Notes: a model not told the origin generated them from the letters alone. 64,000 nucleotides of DNA from Selaginella moellendorffii (GCF_000143415.4 NW_003314262.1:5535876-5599875); one strand, 5' to 3'. Shown: positions 42,401-54,571, numbered from the stretch's first letter. Numbers and translations are program-made.

Positions 42401-44442
42401 ACAATGCTACAAAAGAAAGGCACAAGGGTCACCTTTCTTAGAAAAGCGCAACAGCCACTTTTCTACACCAACTCTAGACTCTATCCAACTCAATTGTTTT
42501 AGCCCCAAAAGTCAGCATCCCTTTCGGGCCGCAATATACAAACTACCTATCAAGGTCTAAGCTAACCAAAGTCAACTCCAACCCCTTCACTAGTTTGTAC
42601 TGGCTTATGAAAACGGAAAGGTTTTCGGACAAAGTGATCAACAGATCAGCCATTGGAAAAGCCTAAGAAAATTTGTGGAAAATTTCCATCCTAGAGAAAG
42701 AATGACTCTCAGTCCAGGATTGCAAACTTTCAAGACTCAACCAACTTCATCCTACAAACAACTTCACATAGGTTCACCTCAACACAAATTCTCATGATCG
42801 AACAACATGCTTAAGCATCGAACATCTTTGCCCATATAACCGACATCCAACACTGACATCCGCAAAGTGCAAAATGAACATCCAAGGCTTGATCACGAAG
42901 ACCACATCTTTGGATATCCACATTGCACTAACACTCTTCTTCAACCATCTTCAAGATCCAATGTGAAGCCAAAACACTAACAAGAAAAATGACATGGAAA
43001 ATCAAGCTCTAAGGAAAATTCCTCATCACTCGAATCAACAATGCCACTTCCACTAACACAAGTGCTAGCGATGTCAATGCATCAACCTCACACCTTCTCC
43101 ATCCAATAATCTACTCCAAGTGCTAACGGATCAATAGATAAGCTATAGCAAATGAATGCTACAACCCATTCCCAACACCTTATGGGCAAACCCTTAAGGA
43201 AACAAGGTACCAACATAAGCTTAGCATAATGGACCACCAGTGAGAATCCAGTCAAAGCTACTATAATGCTACTTCGTGCAAGTAGACTAGCTTCTCCATC
43301 AACCACTTTGGGGTTGATCATCATTTACCCAAGCAACTTCGTAAACACATTGCTCATTATCACATGGATATGATATAAATCACAATGACTTGATCATCAA
43401 TTGAGTAACGCAATGAGCAAGGCTTATGTCATTATTTCAAACGTTTATGTGAATATCAAATGCCAACTCAATTCGACAAAATGCAACATAAATGCCACAC
43501 TCCACCAATAGAGGTTTACGACACCCAACACCACTAACTTTTGTTCACAACACGGACAAGCTCATGCCACTCTCTTTCTGACCAAACTCAACACTAATCC
43601 AACACCAAGCTACTCAAGGAGCAATAGCAAGGTTCCCCGGAAAAGAATTGAGCATTGCAACCCAAGTCTTCCAATAGCGAGCCTAGACAAAATGGTTTAG
43701 TGTTTCACCACTATCCATCCCATAACTCACCACTTGTAAGACCATCACTTCCAACATGCATCAAGGTAGGGACTCTTGATTGCATGATGTGAACACAAGC
43801 AATGAGTTAACACCTCGTTGCAAATCATCTTTCCAAGAAGAGAGAATGATTTACGTATTTGATCCTTCGTCCCTGACGACTCTCTTTCCGGCCTCATCTT
43901 GACTAAACCTCAAGCTTGCTTTCGCACTGCCTTCAGTTCAATCCAAGAAAAATTTATGAGAGAGCACGGTCATGATTACTTGAACCAATAGACTAATCCC
44001 TATAGTCTTGATTGATCCACTTATAATCATACCTAGGAAGGATCCACTAGTGCCGTGCTAAACAGCTACGGACCAGCCTATTTGCCACTCATAGCAAACC
44101 CAGGGAGGTTTGCTTTCACCCATGGTACATGGAACAACTCATGGAACCAACGATAGGCTAACATTAATCCTGCCAACTCAAAGTGTAACCTCAAGTTGCT
44201 AATGTGCCTCACTCACGAGCCCAAGCGCAAACTCGTGCTACTGGAACAACTCAATCCTTCCTATGAGCCCAAGAGCAAGCTCATATAATACGGTACAAAA
44301 CGGTAACCAAAACCATACCCAAGGAACGATTGCGAAGTCATTGCACCCAAACGTGTACCCACTCGGATCATCGTTTTCATCTCTGCGTATGCAACAAGAC
44401 TAGTTGCCCAATCTCATTGAATAGTACTCGCTGAGACTCATT

Positions 44443-44453
44443 CTCTGATACCA
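44443..44453 (-). other. Primer-binding site (tRNA-iMet)
   Basis: TGGTATCAGAG on the minus strand, 2 nt from the LTR edge at 44456. Confidence 0.9.
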
Positions 44454-44455
44454 AA

Positions 44456-45160
44456 TGTAGCGCACGTGGTTTTGACCCTTTATCCTATGGTGATTTACCA
44501 TAGGATAACACCACGAAGCGGAACCTAAACCCTCTTTGTGCCACGTGACAGATGCCATGTGTCACATACCACGTGTCCGTGCCACGTGTCCATAGGAACC
44601 CGAGGTTCAGGGCCTTGGGCCACTGAACGAAGGAACGGTGCCAAACTCCCAAGCCTGACGCCAAGGAGTGATGAAACCGGACCACAGAGCAACTCCCGAG
44701 CATATAGCCCAAGGAGCGAAGGGACAGGGGCCCGGAGCGACTTGGAACAGTCCTAGAGCAACCAGCATCCCAATGCCAGGACCAGCACGCAAAACGGAGC
44801 CAAACGGAGTCTGGCGCTATTTCGGCATACCGGTGGCCTAACGCGAGGATATGGGTACTCCACCAACTAGCATGGAATGGAACTTGGGCTTAGACCCAAG
44901 CCGGACGCAGAACAAGGACAGGCACGCAAGCGGGAGCTAGACTATGCCTCAGGTTGGTCGGCCATGCCCGACCTACCCACTATCCCTACTATACATTTGG
45001 AACCCCCCATAGCCCCCCCCCCCCTTGAGGAACACACGCTTTGGGCTTTCACCCCAAGCCTCCCTTAGTATCAGGAGTTAGTCTCTGGGACAAACTCGAA
45101 ACTTACTAAATATGGAATGTCCTTAGATTGTGAATTTGGACACGGGACGAACACCATTGT
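44456..45160 (-). repeat. 5' LTR missing its outer ~440 bp
   Basis: Identity with the left LTR stops abruptly at 45160; no TSD found. Confidence 0.85.
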
Positions 45161-47049
45161 TGCTAAACACTCCTTTGTCATCACTCTTTTGCATCAACAC
45201 ACATTTGAGACCAATATCAAAAGTATTCACTTATAAGATGAAAGGTCAAGTGTAACTAAGACATGCCAAAACTAGAGGAGTTGTTAACACCTTTTTAAGA
45301 TCCACAAATGTCCACTTATAATCCTCAGACTAAATGAAAGATGACACTGATGACTTTAGCAACATTTATAATGGTGTAGTATAATTAGAAAAATGATCAA
45401 CAAAATTATCAAAATATTGCATCTTACTAAGAAAGCATCGCATATGATTTATATACTTTAGAGTAAAGAACTTCAAAACAATGATAAATTTGTCAATGGA
45501 ACAAAAGTGAAAGGAATAAAAGAGATATAAAGGAGTATGAAACAAAAAGGGAGAAGCTTCAAAGTTATATTTGGCATGATTGTATTGCACAAAAATGATA
45601 TCAAAAACTTAATTTAGCACTATTTACAATGATTGTAGCTCAAGTTTATGATCACCCACATGCATAACTAAGTCTATCTCATCCCACACACATATATGTG
45701 TATGGCCATTGTCATGGATAATAAAAACTAGCTCTATCATATAATACAAATGTAGAAAACAATATAAAGCATTATAGAAAATAAGCTTTAAACTATATCA
45801 ACTAACACAAAGGAGATAACAAAGGGACCTTTTGTTATAAAACTAAACTTAAAAAGTGAACATTAGATAAACTAATACCAAGTGAATCCTTATTCCTGAA
45901 AGAAGTATAAAATTATTCACACAACACTAATATGATATTGTTAATGTTAAGGCTTTCACCTAGGAAATGAGGGATGCCAAGCTAGAAAAAGCCAACAACA
46001 CTAATATAAGTTGCTAATCTTATCATATGCCTAATAATGAACTTTATAGCCATGATCACATCCTTGTCTCTGTTGAAGAGAAACATTAAAGGTGACTAGG
46101 GTAAGTGCATACACAAGTCCCAAGATTTACACATGCTTCAACTCCCACTTGAACATAGGCAACAACAATGTCAACTTTCATTGAAACAAAATTGGAAGGT
46201 GGAATTACAACACATGCAAATCTCCACAAGTGGGAGAGATGATATCATAGTATTATGTTAGTTGAAAAGCATTGTCAAGGGCCCCATATGATCTTGACAA
46301 AGTGCTAGTTATAATATACCCAACATGATCTATTCTAACATATTGAGCTCCACACGAAGCAAAAAACTCCCAAAGTAAACAGTAAATTGTATAAAAAACT
46401 CAAATAGCTCTTGATAGAGATAATGCAATTACTATAAGATATCATCACAATCATTAATATATTAAAATGCATACTTGAAGATGTCCAGAAAAAAAACTCC
46501 AATCTACACAAGTGGTTGCACTTAAATTATTATACTATTGTAATACCATCCTTTAGAGACATGTGTAAACACTGCTAAGGGGGGTGCTTTCCAACTGATT
46601 AGAATTTCTTAAAGTGTATAACATGAGTTAATAAATTTCCCATCCAATAAATATTTTTTTCTCATAGTATATGTATAGTATGGGCTATCTCCAAAACTTT
46701 TTTTAAGGTGGAAATCCATATATATTCACTATAATCAAAAAAAAAAACAGTACAAAAATATAAGGCTTAACCATTCAAAAATCATAGTTGATTACTCTAT
46801 AACCACTTGAGTTTTAGGGCAACTAGGAACCAATAACAAGAGGCTTAGTTTTGGCTATAATGGATTAATATTAGAGTTGGTTGTCACCTCTCTTGTCTAT
46901 GAAGTTACTATAAATGAAGTATGCAAAATTAGTTAAGAATTAATGAATAAAGGTAATTATTTATAAAGAAGCTCTCCAAGCTCGTAGTGCTAGGGGATGT
47001 TCAACACTAGAATTTCCTCCCCGGGCTCAAAATTTAACTTAAAGTCATG

Positions 47050-48330
47050 CTGAAAAGATTAGATGAAGATGTTGTTTATTCTATATTTTTGCACAACTAC
47101 TTCTAATCCTTGTTTGAAAAGGCTCTTTGAAGCTTTTCTTGCAACAAGTCTAACTTGTTTGTCCATTTTTCTTTTCTCCCTCTCCAAGTTTTATACTTCT
47201 TTTACTATTGTTACTTATTTTGCTTTAAGTTGCCTCAATATTGCCTTCTCCCATTAGTTCTTCTCATTAACTAATCTCTTTTTCTCTTTTACATAAGCTT
47301 TTTCATTTGTTATAGCCTCTCATTTAGCTTTTCTTCTTGCCTCTTTTTCTACCTTGTCTTTTTTTTTGGCTTTTTCCTTGGTCTCAATATGAGCAATGTA
47401 TTCTATATTAATGAGTGTATAGGGAATAGAGACGAACCTCTGCTTCTCTCCTGCTTATGGGTGTTGTTAAGTTTGAGTAGAGAACAGTATTGTGAGTTCA
47501 ACTATAAATTCTTCTATTGTTGGCTCGTGAGCTTCTTCCATTGTATAGTTTACATCTACAGCAACTATAACACTTAGCAACGGCTCCAAATCATCATCAT
47601 CATTGTCATCCACACTTATATCAAATGTAAGTCTCTTCATCTTCATCTTTTTAAAGTTTCTTACTTATGCTTTATAAAGCTATAGCCATGTGAAATTCGG
47701 CATCTATAGTTGCACAATCAAGAAGCTAAAGTCTAGTTTTTTTAAAACTAGCAATGATGTTTGCAAGAGTTAGAGCCTTGTCAAGTGCTCTTCTTGCCAT
47801 TCCTGCTAAGATCTTTACTAAACTGTATCCATGAAATCCTATCTCCATGTACTTAGCATGGATGGCTTTGAACACTACTTTAAAAGGTTTGAAGCAGCAC
47901 ATTAAGAGATTGCATGACCATCCATCACAATGCAAGCTCAATTTGTTGGAGAGATGCCTCTTGGGATGACTCTTGCAAAATGTTCAAATAAGTAAACCCA
48001 TTGTTGCTCATCCATGCATTAACTTGTACTTGCATGGATGCTCTAGACTTGCACAATTTCAACCAGCTTATTCAATTATGCCTTTAGAATATGTAGTGAT
48101 TTGGAAAGTTCTAGCCATTTATAGCAATAGCACAAATGATTGTCATCCTTTGACGTTCATTTGGAACAACATTAAAAATTATGTGCACTTGCTTGTTAGA
48201 TACCATATGACAGCCTTGATCAAGTGTAAAATAAAGATTTTATTTAGTGTGGTTTTGGTATGTCTTTGTTTCTTGTATAATTGGATGTAAATCTTTGTAG
48301 AGTTTTGTTAAGTACACCAAGAAATATTTA
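47050..48330 (-). mobile_element. pogo/Fot1-like (Tc1-mariner superfamily, DDE_1) transposase relic
   Basis: VPNERQRMTIICAIAING*NFPNHYIF..MQVQVNAWMS..EHFARVIPRGISPTN*ACIVMDGH..CFKPFK..ALDKALTLANIIASFKKT, then a K/E-rich tail; many stops. Confidence 0.75.
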
Positions 48331-48723
48331 AGGACTTCCAACTCATTTAACTATGGTTTGAAGCAATCTAGATTCTAGAGTTATAAAAACAATTGAATGT
48401 GACTAGTAAAATTAGTTGCTACATCAATTAGATAGAATATCAGATCAGTTAGAGATAATACAAAAAGTAAATCTAAACAAAAAACCACTTCTAGAACAAT
48501 TGAAGATGCCTCTTAACTCCACTAATGTGAGTGCACTGGAATATAAAATAGAATTCATAAATATGCACTACACTAATATTAATATATAGCATCGTATCTG
48601 GACCTCACAAACTAATAATGATAATTTTTATTAACAAATTATTATAAGTTAATACTTTTGAAATTAACGGCTGCTTTATTTATTTAAGGTTTTATAAGGC
48701 GGGAAAATTCAACGAGGTAGGGC

Positions 48724-50271
48724 ATGGCATCTCTGTCTTCTCACATTCTAGTCCTTCCCTATCCTGCCCAGGGGCACATCCCTCCTCTCATCGGCTTCTC
48801 TGCGGCACTGGCGGATCGCGGCGCGCTCGTGACGCTGGTGAATATTGCGAGCATCGATTCCAGGATCCGGGAGCGTTGGACATGGCCAAGGGAGCTGGAG
48901 GGCAGCATCCGGTTCGAGAGCTTAGATTTCCCCTACGACATTCCTCAAGGGTACGATGCGTCCTGCCATGTAGATCAGGGAAATTTCGTCCAGGCCCTTC
49001 GCGGCGCGCAGGTCCCATTCGAAGATCTGCTGAGAGAGATGCTTAATCGCGGCGAGCGAGTTTCGTGCATCGTCGCAGATTATCTCTGGGGATGGCATGT
49101 CGAGTCTGCCAAGAAATTTGGGGTTTCTTGTGCGTCCTACTGGCCTGGGAGCGCGACTTGGATCAATGTCCACTACCATTTGCCCCTTCTTATATCAGCC
49201 GGTGAGGCACCGATTAAAGGTAAGATATGTTTAAACTCTTCTCTCGTGACCATTTACGTAGATGGCGACGAAAGAACGATTTCCTACGTTCCGGGGCTCT
49301 CTCCAACGAAGCTCAAGGATTTCCCATACTACGCAAGGATGGAATTCAAGGGAACGCTCGAGTATTTGATGCAAGAGCAAGAAAAAACTCTCAGGAACTT
49401 CGGTGACAACTCGTGCTTACTGATAAACTCGGCCGAAGAGTTGGAACCAGATGCCTTCCAGTCCTTGAGAAAAGTTTTTGGAGAGAAGTGCACAGGGGTC
49501 GGGCCACTTTTTAATCTGGATCCAGCGAGAACAAGGCTTTGTCACAGCTTGCGAGAAGAAGACGGTGGCTGCATAGCTTGGCTGGACACTCAAGCTCCAA
49601 AGTCGGTGCTTTACATCTCCTTTGGCAGCGTTGTTGCGCTACCCGACTTGGAGCTCCAGGAACTCTCAAAGGCAGTGTTAGAAATGGAGAGGCCTTTCCT
49701 TTGGGTGCTTCCGCCAGAGCAGAAGAACGAAAGCACCAAAGAGATCACCGAGGCAGCAAGAGCTTCCTCCTTCACAAGAGGCCGGATAGTATCCTGGGCA
49801 CCGCAGCTCCAAGTTTTGTCACACGCATCGGTGGGAGGATTTCTCAGCCACTGCGGCTGGAACTCGGTGCTCGAGGCCGTGACAAACGGAGTGCCTGTGC
49901 TGGGGTGGCCATGCGCGATCGAGCAGAACCTCAACTGCAAGGTGCTTGTTCACGACTGGAAGGCGGGCCTGAAGATCGACAAGGCCGAGAAGGACGGGAT
50001 CAAGGCCGCGATCGAGAATCTGATGGGAGGAAGCTGGCTTGATCGTGCACAGGAACTTCGTGAGGTTGTTCTAAAGAGCGTGAGAGCTCGTGGACTTGTA
50101 AGCGATCCGGTAAAGTATACTCCATTTTTATCCTTGTGGATGATAACCCGTAGTCTTGCAGGTGTTGGAAATCGCTCGCTCAAAACGATAAAGGCATTGC
50201 TAAAAATCAAACGTTGCTTGTCCAATTATTATTTTTGGCGATCAGGGCGATGTCAACAAGATCAAGGCTAG
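48724..50271 (+). CDS. Family 1 UDP-glycosyltransferase (3' end uncertain beyond ~50110)
   Basis: HILVLPYPAQGHIPP; PSPG box WAPQLQVLSHASVGGFLSHCGWNSVLEAVTNGVPVLGWPCAIEQ; probable 42-nt intron 49220-49261. Confidence 0.92.
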   Translation: MASLSSHILVLPYPAQGHIPPLIGFSAALADRGALVTLVNIASIDSRIRERWTWPRELEGSIRFESLDFPYDIPQGYDASCHVDQGNFVQALRGAQVPFEDLLREMLNRGERVSCIVADYLWGWHVESAKKFGVSCASYWPGSATWINVHYHLPLLISAGEAPIKGKICLNSSLVTIYVDGDERTISYVPGLSPTKLKDFPYYARMEFKGTLEYLMQEQEKTLRNFGDNSCLLINSAEELEPDAFQSLRKVFGEKCTGVGPLFNLDPARTRLCHSLREEDGGCIAWLDTQAPKSVLYISFGSVVALPDLELQELSKAVLEMERPFLWVLPPEQKNESTKEITEAARASSFTRGRIVSWAPQLQVLSHASVGGFLSHCGWNSVLEAVTNGVPVLGWPCAIEQNLNCKVLVHDWKAGLKIDKAEKDGIKAAIENLMGGSWLDRAQELREVVLKSVRARGLVSDPVKYTPFLSLWMITRSLAGVGNRSLKTIKALLKIKRCLSNYYFWRSGRCQQDQG

Positions 50272-50667
50272 AAACACTAGGCTGATCCATAACCGACATT
50301 TTCTCGAGGACTCCCCGGTACGTCTTCTCTTTGGGCCATAAAGTTTCTTTGAGCTTGCTGATTTGCTTTAGTCTTAATTATATCAGACCTTGATTTTTCA
50401 AGTCTATATTAACTTACTTTGTGTGACACATGGCATTCTACGTCGGGACGACGTCCTGTGTGTGAAGCCCGAACGCTTGGAGTTGTGTGGGCCCTTTAAG
50501 TTCGCGCTATATCCAGTCGAGGGTGGTGTTGGGCTGATCGAGTCCACAACTTGCATAGCAGAGCTCGTGAGCCCAGCTTCGCATCTACGTCCCTGGCAAG
50601 AGGAGCAGTTTAAAGAAGGATCTCCCAGGTGGACAGCATCCTGGCGTGTCGTCGTGACTTATCCGAA

Positions 50668-50805
50668 ATGCTGCAAGCACCGCACCTGCTACAAAAAAAA
50701 TGTAGATCTTGGCGAGAGCAGCGGCGCCGCTGTGGAAAGTAGTGATGGAGCGATAGAGCGAGACATTTTCCAGGCATGTCGATCCAGACAAGGTCGCTTC
50801 CAAGA
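50668..50805. repeat. Degenerate copy of the kinase B start and 5' region
   Basis: Matches 34797-34980 (caagcaccgc, tggcgagagc.gcggcgccg, atggagcgatagagc, ggcatgtcgatccagacaag). Confidence 0.75.
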
Positions 50806-50833
50806 GAAGTTTCTTTTGTTTTAACAAAGTAAC

Positions 50834-50904
50834 GCACTGCTGGTCTAGCGGTAGAATAGTTCCCTGCCACGGAACAGACCCGGGTTCGATTCCCGGGCAG
50901 TGCA
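50834..50904 (+). tRNA. tRNA-Gly(GCC)
   Basis: Cloverleaf with GCACTGC/GCAGTGC acceptor stem, GTTCC-CTGCCAC-GGAAC anticodon arm, GGTTCGATTCC B box, TTTT terminator. Confidence 0.95.
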
Positions 50905-51680
50905 CGGTTTTACCATGTGCATTGGAGAGGAATGAGTACAAACCAGCCTATCATGAAGATTCTTTTAAAGCATTCAACTTGTTAGGCGGTAATGTTAAGG
51001 CCAACGCGACACGCGGAGGAGAAGCTATTCCACCAAAAATTAGATAATAGCGTTGGAACACGTGGTCCCAATATCAGTTAAAAACTAAAATATCAGCTAA
51101 AAGGTATGAGTTTCTTTTGCCCAGATCTCTCTTTATTCTGGGCTCCCGCTTACGTGTCGCACTCTCCTCTAACCACGTCACATGCCGACGTGTTTTATTA
51201 GGGCATAGGTGGCATGTTAAAACACTCGCCAACGTGTGCGTTCAACGTTGCCCGTCCAATGACCTAACGATCAATTTGCTATTGTGTTGCACCGTCAATG
51301 AAGAAAAACTGTGTTTGCTGATCACAACATCAATCTGGAAGAAAAAAAAAGAGAACGACCGTTAGAAACTGTCTTAAACCCAGTGAAGGAACAAACCGCT
51401 AACAGTGTTGTTGTCAGCTGAAGTGGTCGCTTCTCGCACCGAAGTGCTAGCAGTAGTGTTGTCAGCTGAAATGGCATGGCCGGTTATCCCGCCAGTAACA
51501 TCTATAACGATCGTCCTGCAAGTTTGCTTAATCTGGAGGAAGAAAGAAGAAAAACGTTGGTTAGAAGCGTGCGTAAAGTTGTTAAAGCGTAAACTTGTTA
51601 CCTCGTAAGCAAACTGAGATGGTGATTGCGTTCTTCTGGTTGTGTTGTCTAGCTAGCACAGCTTTAAGAAGAACTTTAGA

Positions 51681-51940
51681 ATGACTCCTACAAGATCTAC
51701 ATCTACAAGCAAGTTCACCAGAACATAAGCATCTCGATCAAAGCCATGAACAACATGAACAGCTTGGTCCATGATATGTTCGAGCGGCTGTCCACCGAGG
51801 CCGGGTAGAGACAGTAACAAGGCCACCATCCAGAGCTGCGAAATCCAAGACGAGGCCCAATCCTTGGTGAGGCTTATCTTCCCTGGCGAGCTAGCAAAGC
51901 ACGCAATCTCCAAGGGAACTAAGAGTATGTTAGCTCCTGA
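51681..51940 (+). pseudogene. Histone H2B pseudogene
   Basis: Degenerate copy of ~56415-56689 with deletions and an in-frame stop; upstream pieces 51305-51640 match 55580-56210. Confidence 0.9.
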
Positions 51941-51974
51941 CCGGGGTGTGGATGGACAAAATGGTAATTACCTC

Positions 51975-53557
51975 TCAGAGTAGACAAAATTTGGTGAATA
52001 GTATTGCAGCGAGTGGGAGCAAAAGCCGAGGATCGCGAGCGGACAATGCTTTTCCAGGCATTAAGCTGTAAAGATCCTGTTAAGAAACCACAAATCCTAT
52101 GATAACAACTTACCTTCCTTTGTAGATACACGAGCCGTAGGCTGCCAGCCATTTGCGTCAAGTTAGAAAACACAAAACTTTCTCGATAAACTTAACTCGG
52201 ATCGGCAATCGTGACGGCTGCTGCTCCTGAGAAGTCGCAAGCACTGGGATCCATCCCGTTGCTCTGGAAGTAGCTGTTAAACGCATACGATGCGTGTGAA
52301 GCAACCGTGTCGGGAAGATAGCAGGACTGGCCCGGTTGAATAGCCTGGCAATCGGCATGGCCTGGTCCGCAGGCCCAGTCCAGCGCAATCTGTAAGTCTG
52401 TGAAGCTGGCATTCGGATTTGCGACGCAAAAGCTCCGGTTCCGCTGAACCACAACACTGTTACCAAAATCAAGGTTGTACACTTTGGTCCCATCCGGCTT
52501 GAAAAGACCCCAGTTCCTGTTGGAAGTCGGGCCCTCCCTCAAGTCCTCGTTGAAAAGCTCGAAAATGTAAGTATCCGTTGTGATCCCCGGCCGGAATGGA
52601 GTGCCACTCCCATTGCTCAAGTGCTTGATGAGATTCCCATTGTAGGAAGCAGCATTGTCGAGGTTGACGACGTTCACCTCGTCCGCATTACCCATGGACG
52701 GCCACCCGGTCTCGCTCACGACTATAAGGATCTCCCGGTGGTTGTACGCGGCCATTGCGTAGTAGAGCGCGTCGAGCTGAGCATCGAAGAGGTTCCAGTA
52801 GTGGAGGCCCGAGTCGGAGTCCGTGAAGCCTTGGTTTGGCCGGAAGAGCGCAAAGTCGGAGGAGATGTATCTCATGTCGTTCCGGTACGCGTAGTAAGGA
52901 TAGACGTTGGCCATCAAGTATGATCCAGTCCGGCTGAGAAACTCGAGCAGCGATTGCATCACCGCCGAGAACCTGGGATCGAAAGTGGCCGACGATGGCG
53001 GAAACGACGTCCCAAGAACACCCATGGAGAGTGGCGTCGAGACTTTCACCTGTTTGTCTATCCCGGCTTGCTGGAGAGCCGAGTAGATGTTGGTCATGGC
53101 TGCAACCAGATAGCCAGCGGCATTTGGAGCGCTCGTGATCACCTCCGAGCCAACGGCAATGGCAACGATCTTGGTGGCCGGAAGAGCTGCCGCTACGTTT
53201 CGTGTCACCCAGTCGGCAGCGTCGCCCTGGGACTGCCCGAAATCCACAACCTGTGCGTTTGTGGTGCCGATGACGAGCTCGATCTGTGTGTTTGCGAATG
53301 CCTGGAGAGTCTCAGCGTCGTAGGAGAAGATCCTGACCTTGGTGATCGATTGCGCCTGGATGAGCTGCACGGCCACTTGTGGAGAAGGAAGATTATCCCC
53401 ATTTCTTCCATAGCACACTCCGACAGAGCTGGCGCCTAGCAAGAAAAACGAAAGAAATAAATGAGAGCGAGCGTCGATCGATCTTACCACAGACTGTCGC
53501 GACGATCCAACAAGCGGCAACAAGACATCCGGCAATGCGGTATGAGCGCCGGAACAT
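51975..53557 (-). CDS. GH17 beta-1,3-glucanase with X8/CBM43 domain and GPI-type tail
   Basis: Signal exon 53557-53488; [51 protein letters not shown]; last exons [11 protein letters not shown]|[30 protein letters not shown]. Confidence 0.93.
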
Positions 53558-53831
53558 CGGATCGCGAAATCTCACCCCCGGCAGCACGAAATCTCTCTGC
53601 CGATGCCGCTGGATCGCGCGGAGCTCCTAGCGAATGCGCCGACGATCTTCTTCTTGTCCCTAGCGCCGTGAATCAGCATGACGATGACGCACCCGCCGCA
53701 AGAATCCGGGAAAACGCCAAGCGCGCTCCAGCTGCGGCCTACAATCCCTGCCGCGATGATGCGCTGCCCCAGAAATCTCATCCAGGTAGAAGAAAGAAAC
53801 AAGGAGGAGCAACCGCATTGAAGATCAAGAC

Positions 53832-53975
53832 CTAGGCCGGGGAAGATCGGCGCAAGGGAAGAAGAAGAAGAACAAGCGTCGCGGGCGCCGCGATGATCGC
53901 CAAGAGGAGAGAATAGGGAACAAGAGAAAGAAAGACCCGAGCGACCGCGTCCTCCTCCTCTTCCTCCATGGCCAT
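53832..53975 (-). CDS. 47-aa upstream ORF (acidic N-terminus plus hydrophobic segment), candidate conserved peptide uORF
   Basis: MAMEEEEEDAVARVFLSLVPYSLLLAIIAAPATLVLLLLPLRRSSPA*; second ATG in strong context (GCCATGG); ends 274 nt before the GH17 ATG. Confidence 0.55.
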   Translation of the reverse strand: MAMEEEEEDAVARVFLSLVPYSLLLAIIAAPATLVLLLLPLRRSSPA

Positions 53976-54571
53976 TGGATTTTTTCTTCGCCTCGTTTCC
54001 TTCTTCGCCGTGCGTTTCCCCACGCAGCCTGACTGACGGACTGACGGTCAAACCGGTCAAGGGCATCGCGTCGTCTTTCCGGAATGGAAAAGCCTAGGCG
54101 ATTACAGATTTTTTACAAGGTGGAGCGCGCCGCGCGGTATATGAGTACCGCGGACTGCGCGGTACGGTTGCTGGTCGCCTAAGTCAGATGAATATGGACT
54201 CGAGAAATCAAGGTCTGATCTTACAATACCTATAGACCATGACACGGAGAGAGCACAAGCGCTCGCATGGCTATTCGATAGATCGGACAAAACCGACAAA
54301 AAAACGTCCCGCTATAGAATGCTAAACTGAGATTATGGCTGGCAAGCGGCAAACTCAAAAGAAATCCAAAGAGAAGAGATCGATCCATACCTCGACAAAA
54401 TGCTGGTTATGGATCACAACTTGAGACCCTACTGGAACATTTTCTTATACTTGAACATTTTTCTTAGTGGCAGCTGGAGCCGATTTCGTCAATTGGTGAC
54501 ACAATCAGGGAAAGCAATGCGGAAGCATTAATTTCGATTTGGGTTAACTATTTCATTTTAAATTAATTATT

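Larger units (their letters stand above)
38330..45160 (-). mobile_element. Non-autonomous Ty3/Gypsy LTR retrotransposon with truncated 5' LTR
   Basis: Near-identical direct repeats 38330-39033 and 44456-45160, tRNA-iMet PBS, PPT. The 5-kb interior has no long ORF but shows pol traces (QIFLGFSN ~42670, RVG..SLYVP..YHTFVS ~39750, GRRSSQGGESV end). Confidence 0.9.

Noticed and set aside
38136-48596. Shared cactacactaatattaatatata at ~38136 and ~48566 as CACTA termini
   Set aside because: The copies are direct, not inverted, and there is no TSD; likely pieces of an unidentified old repeat.
50905-51000. Dicistronic tRNA-Gly/snoRNA as known in angiosperms
   Set aside because: A TTTT terminator follows the tRNA and no C/D box pair is evident.
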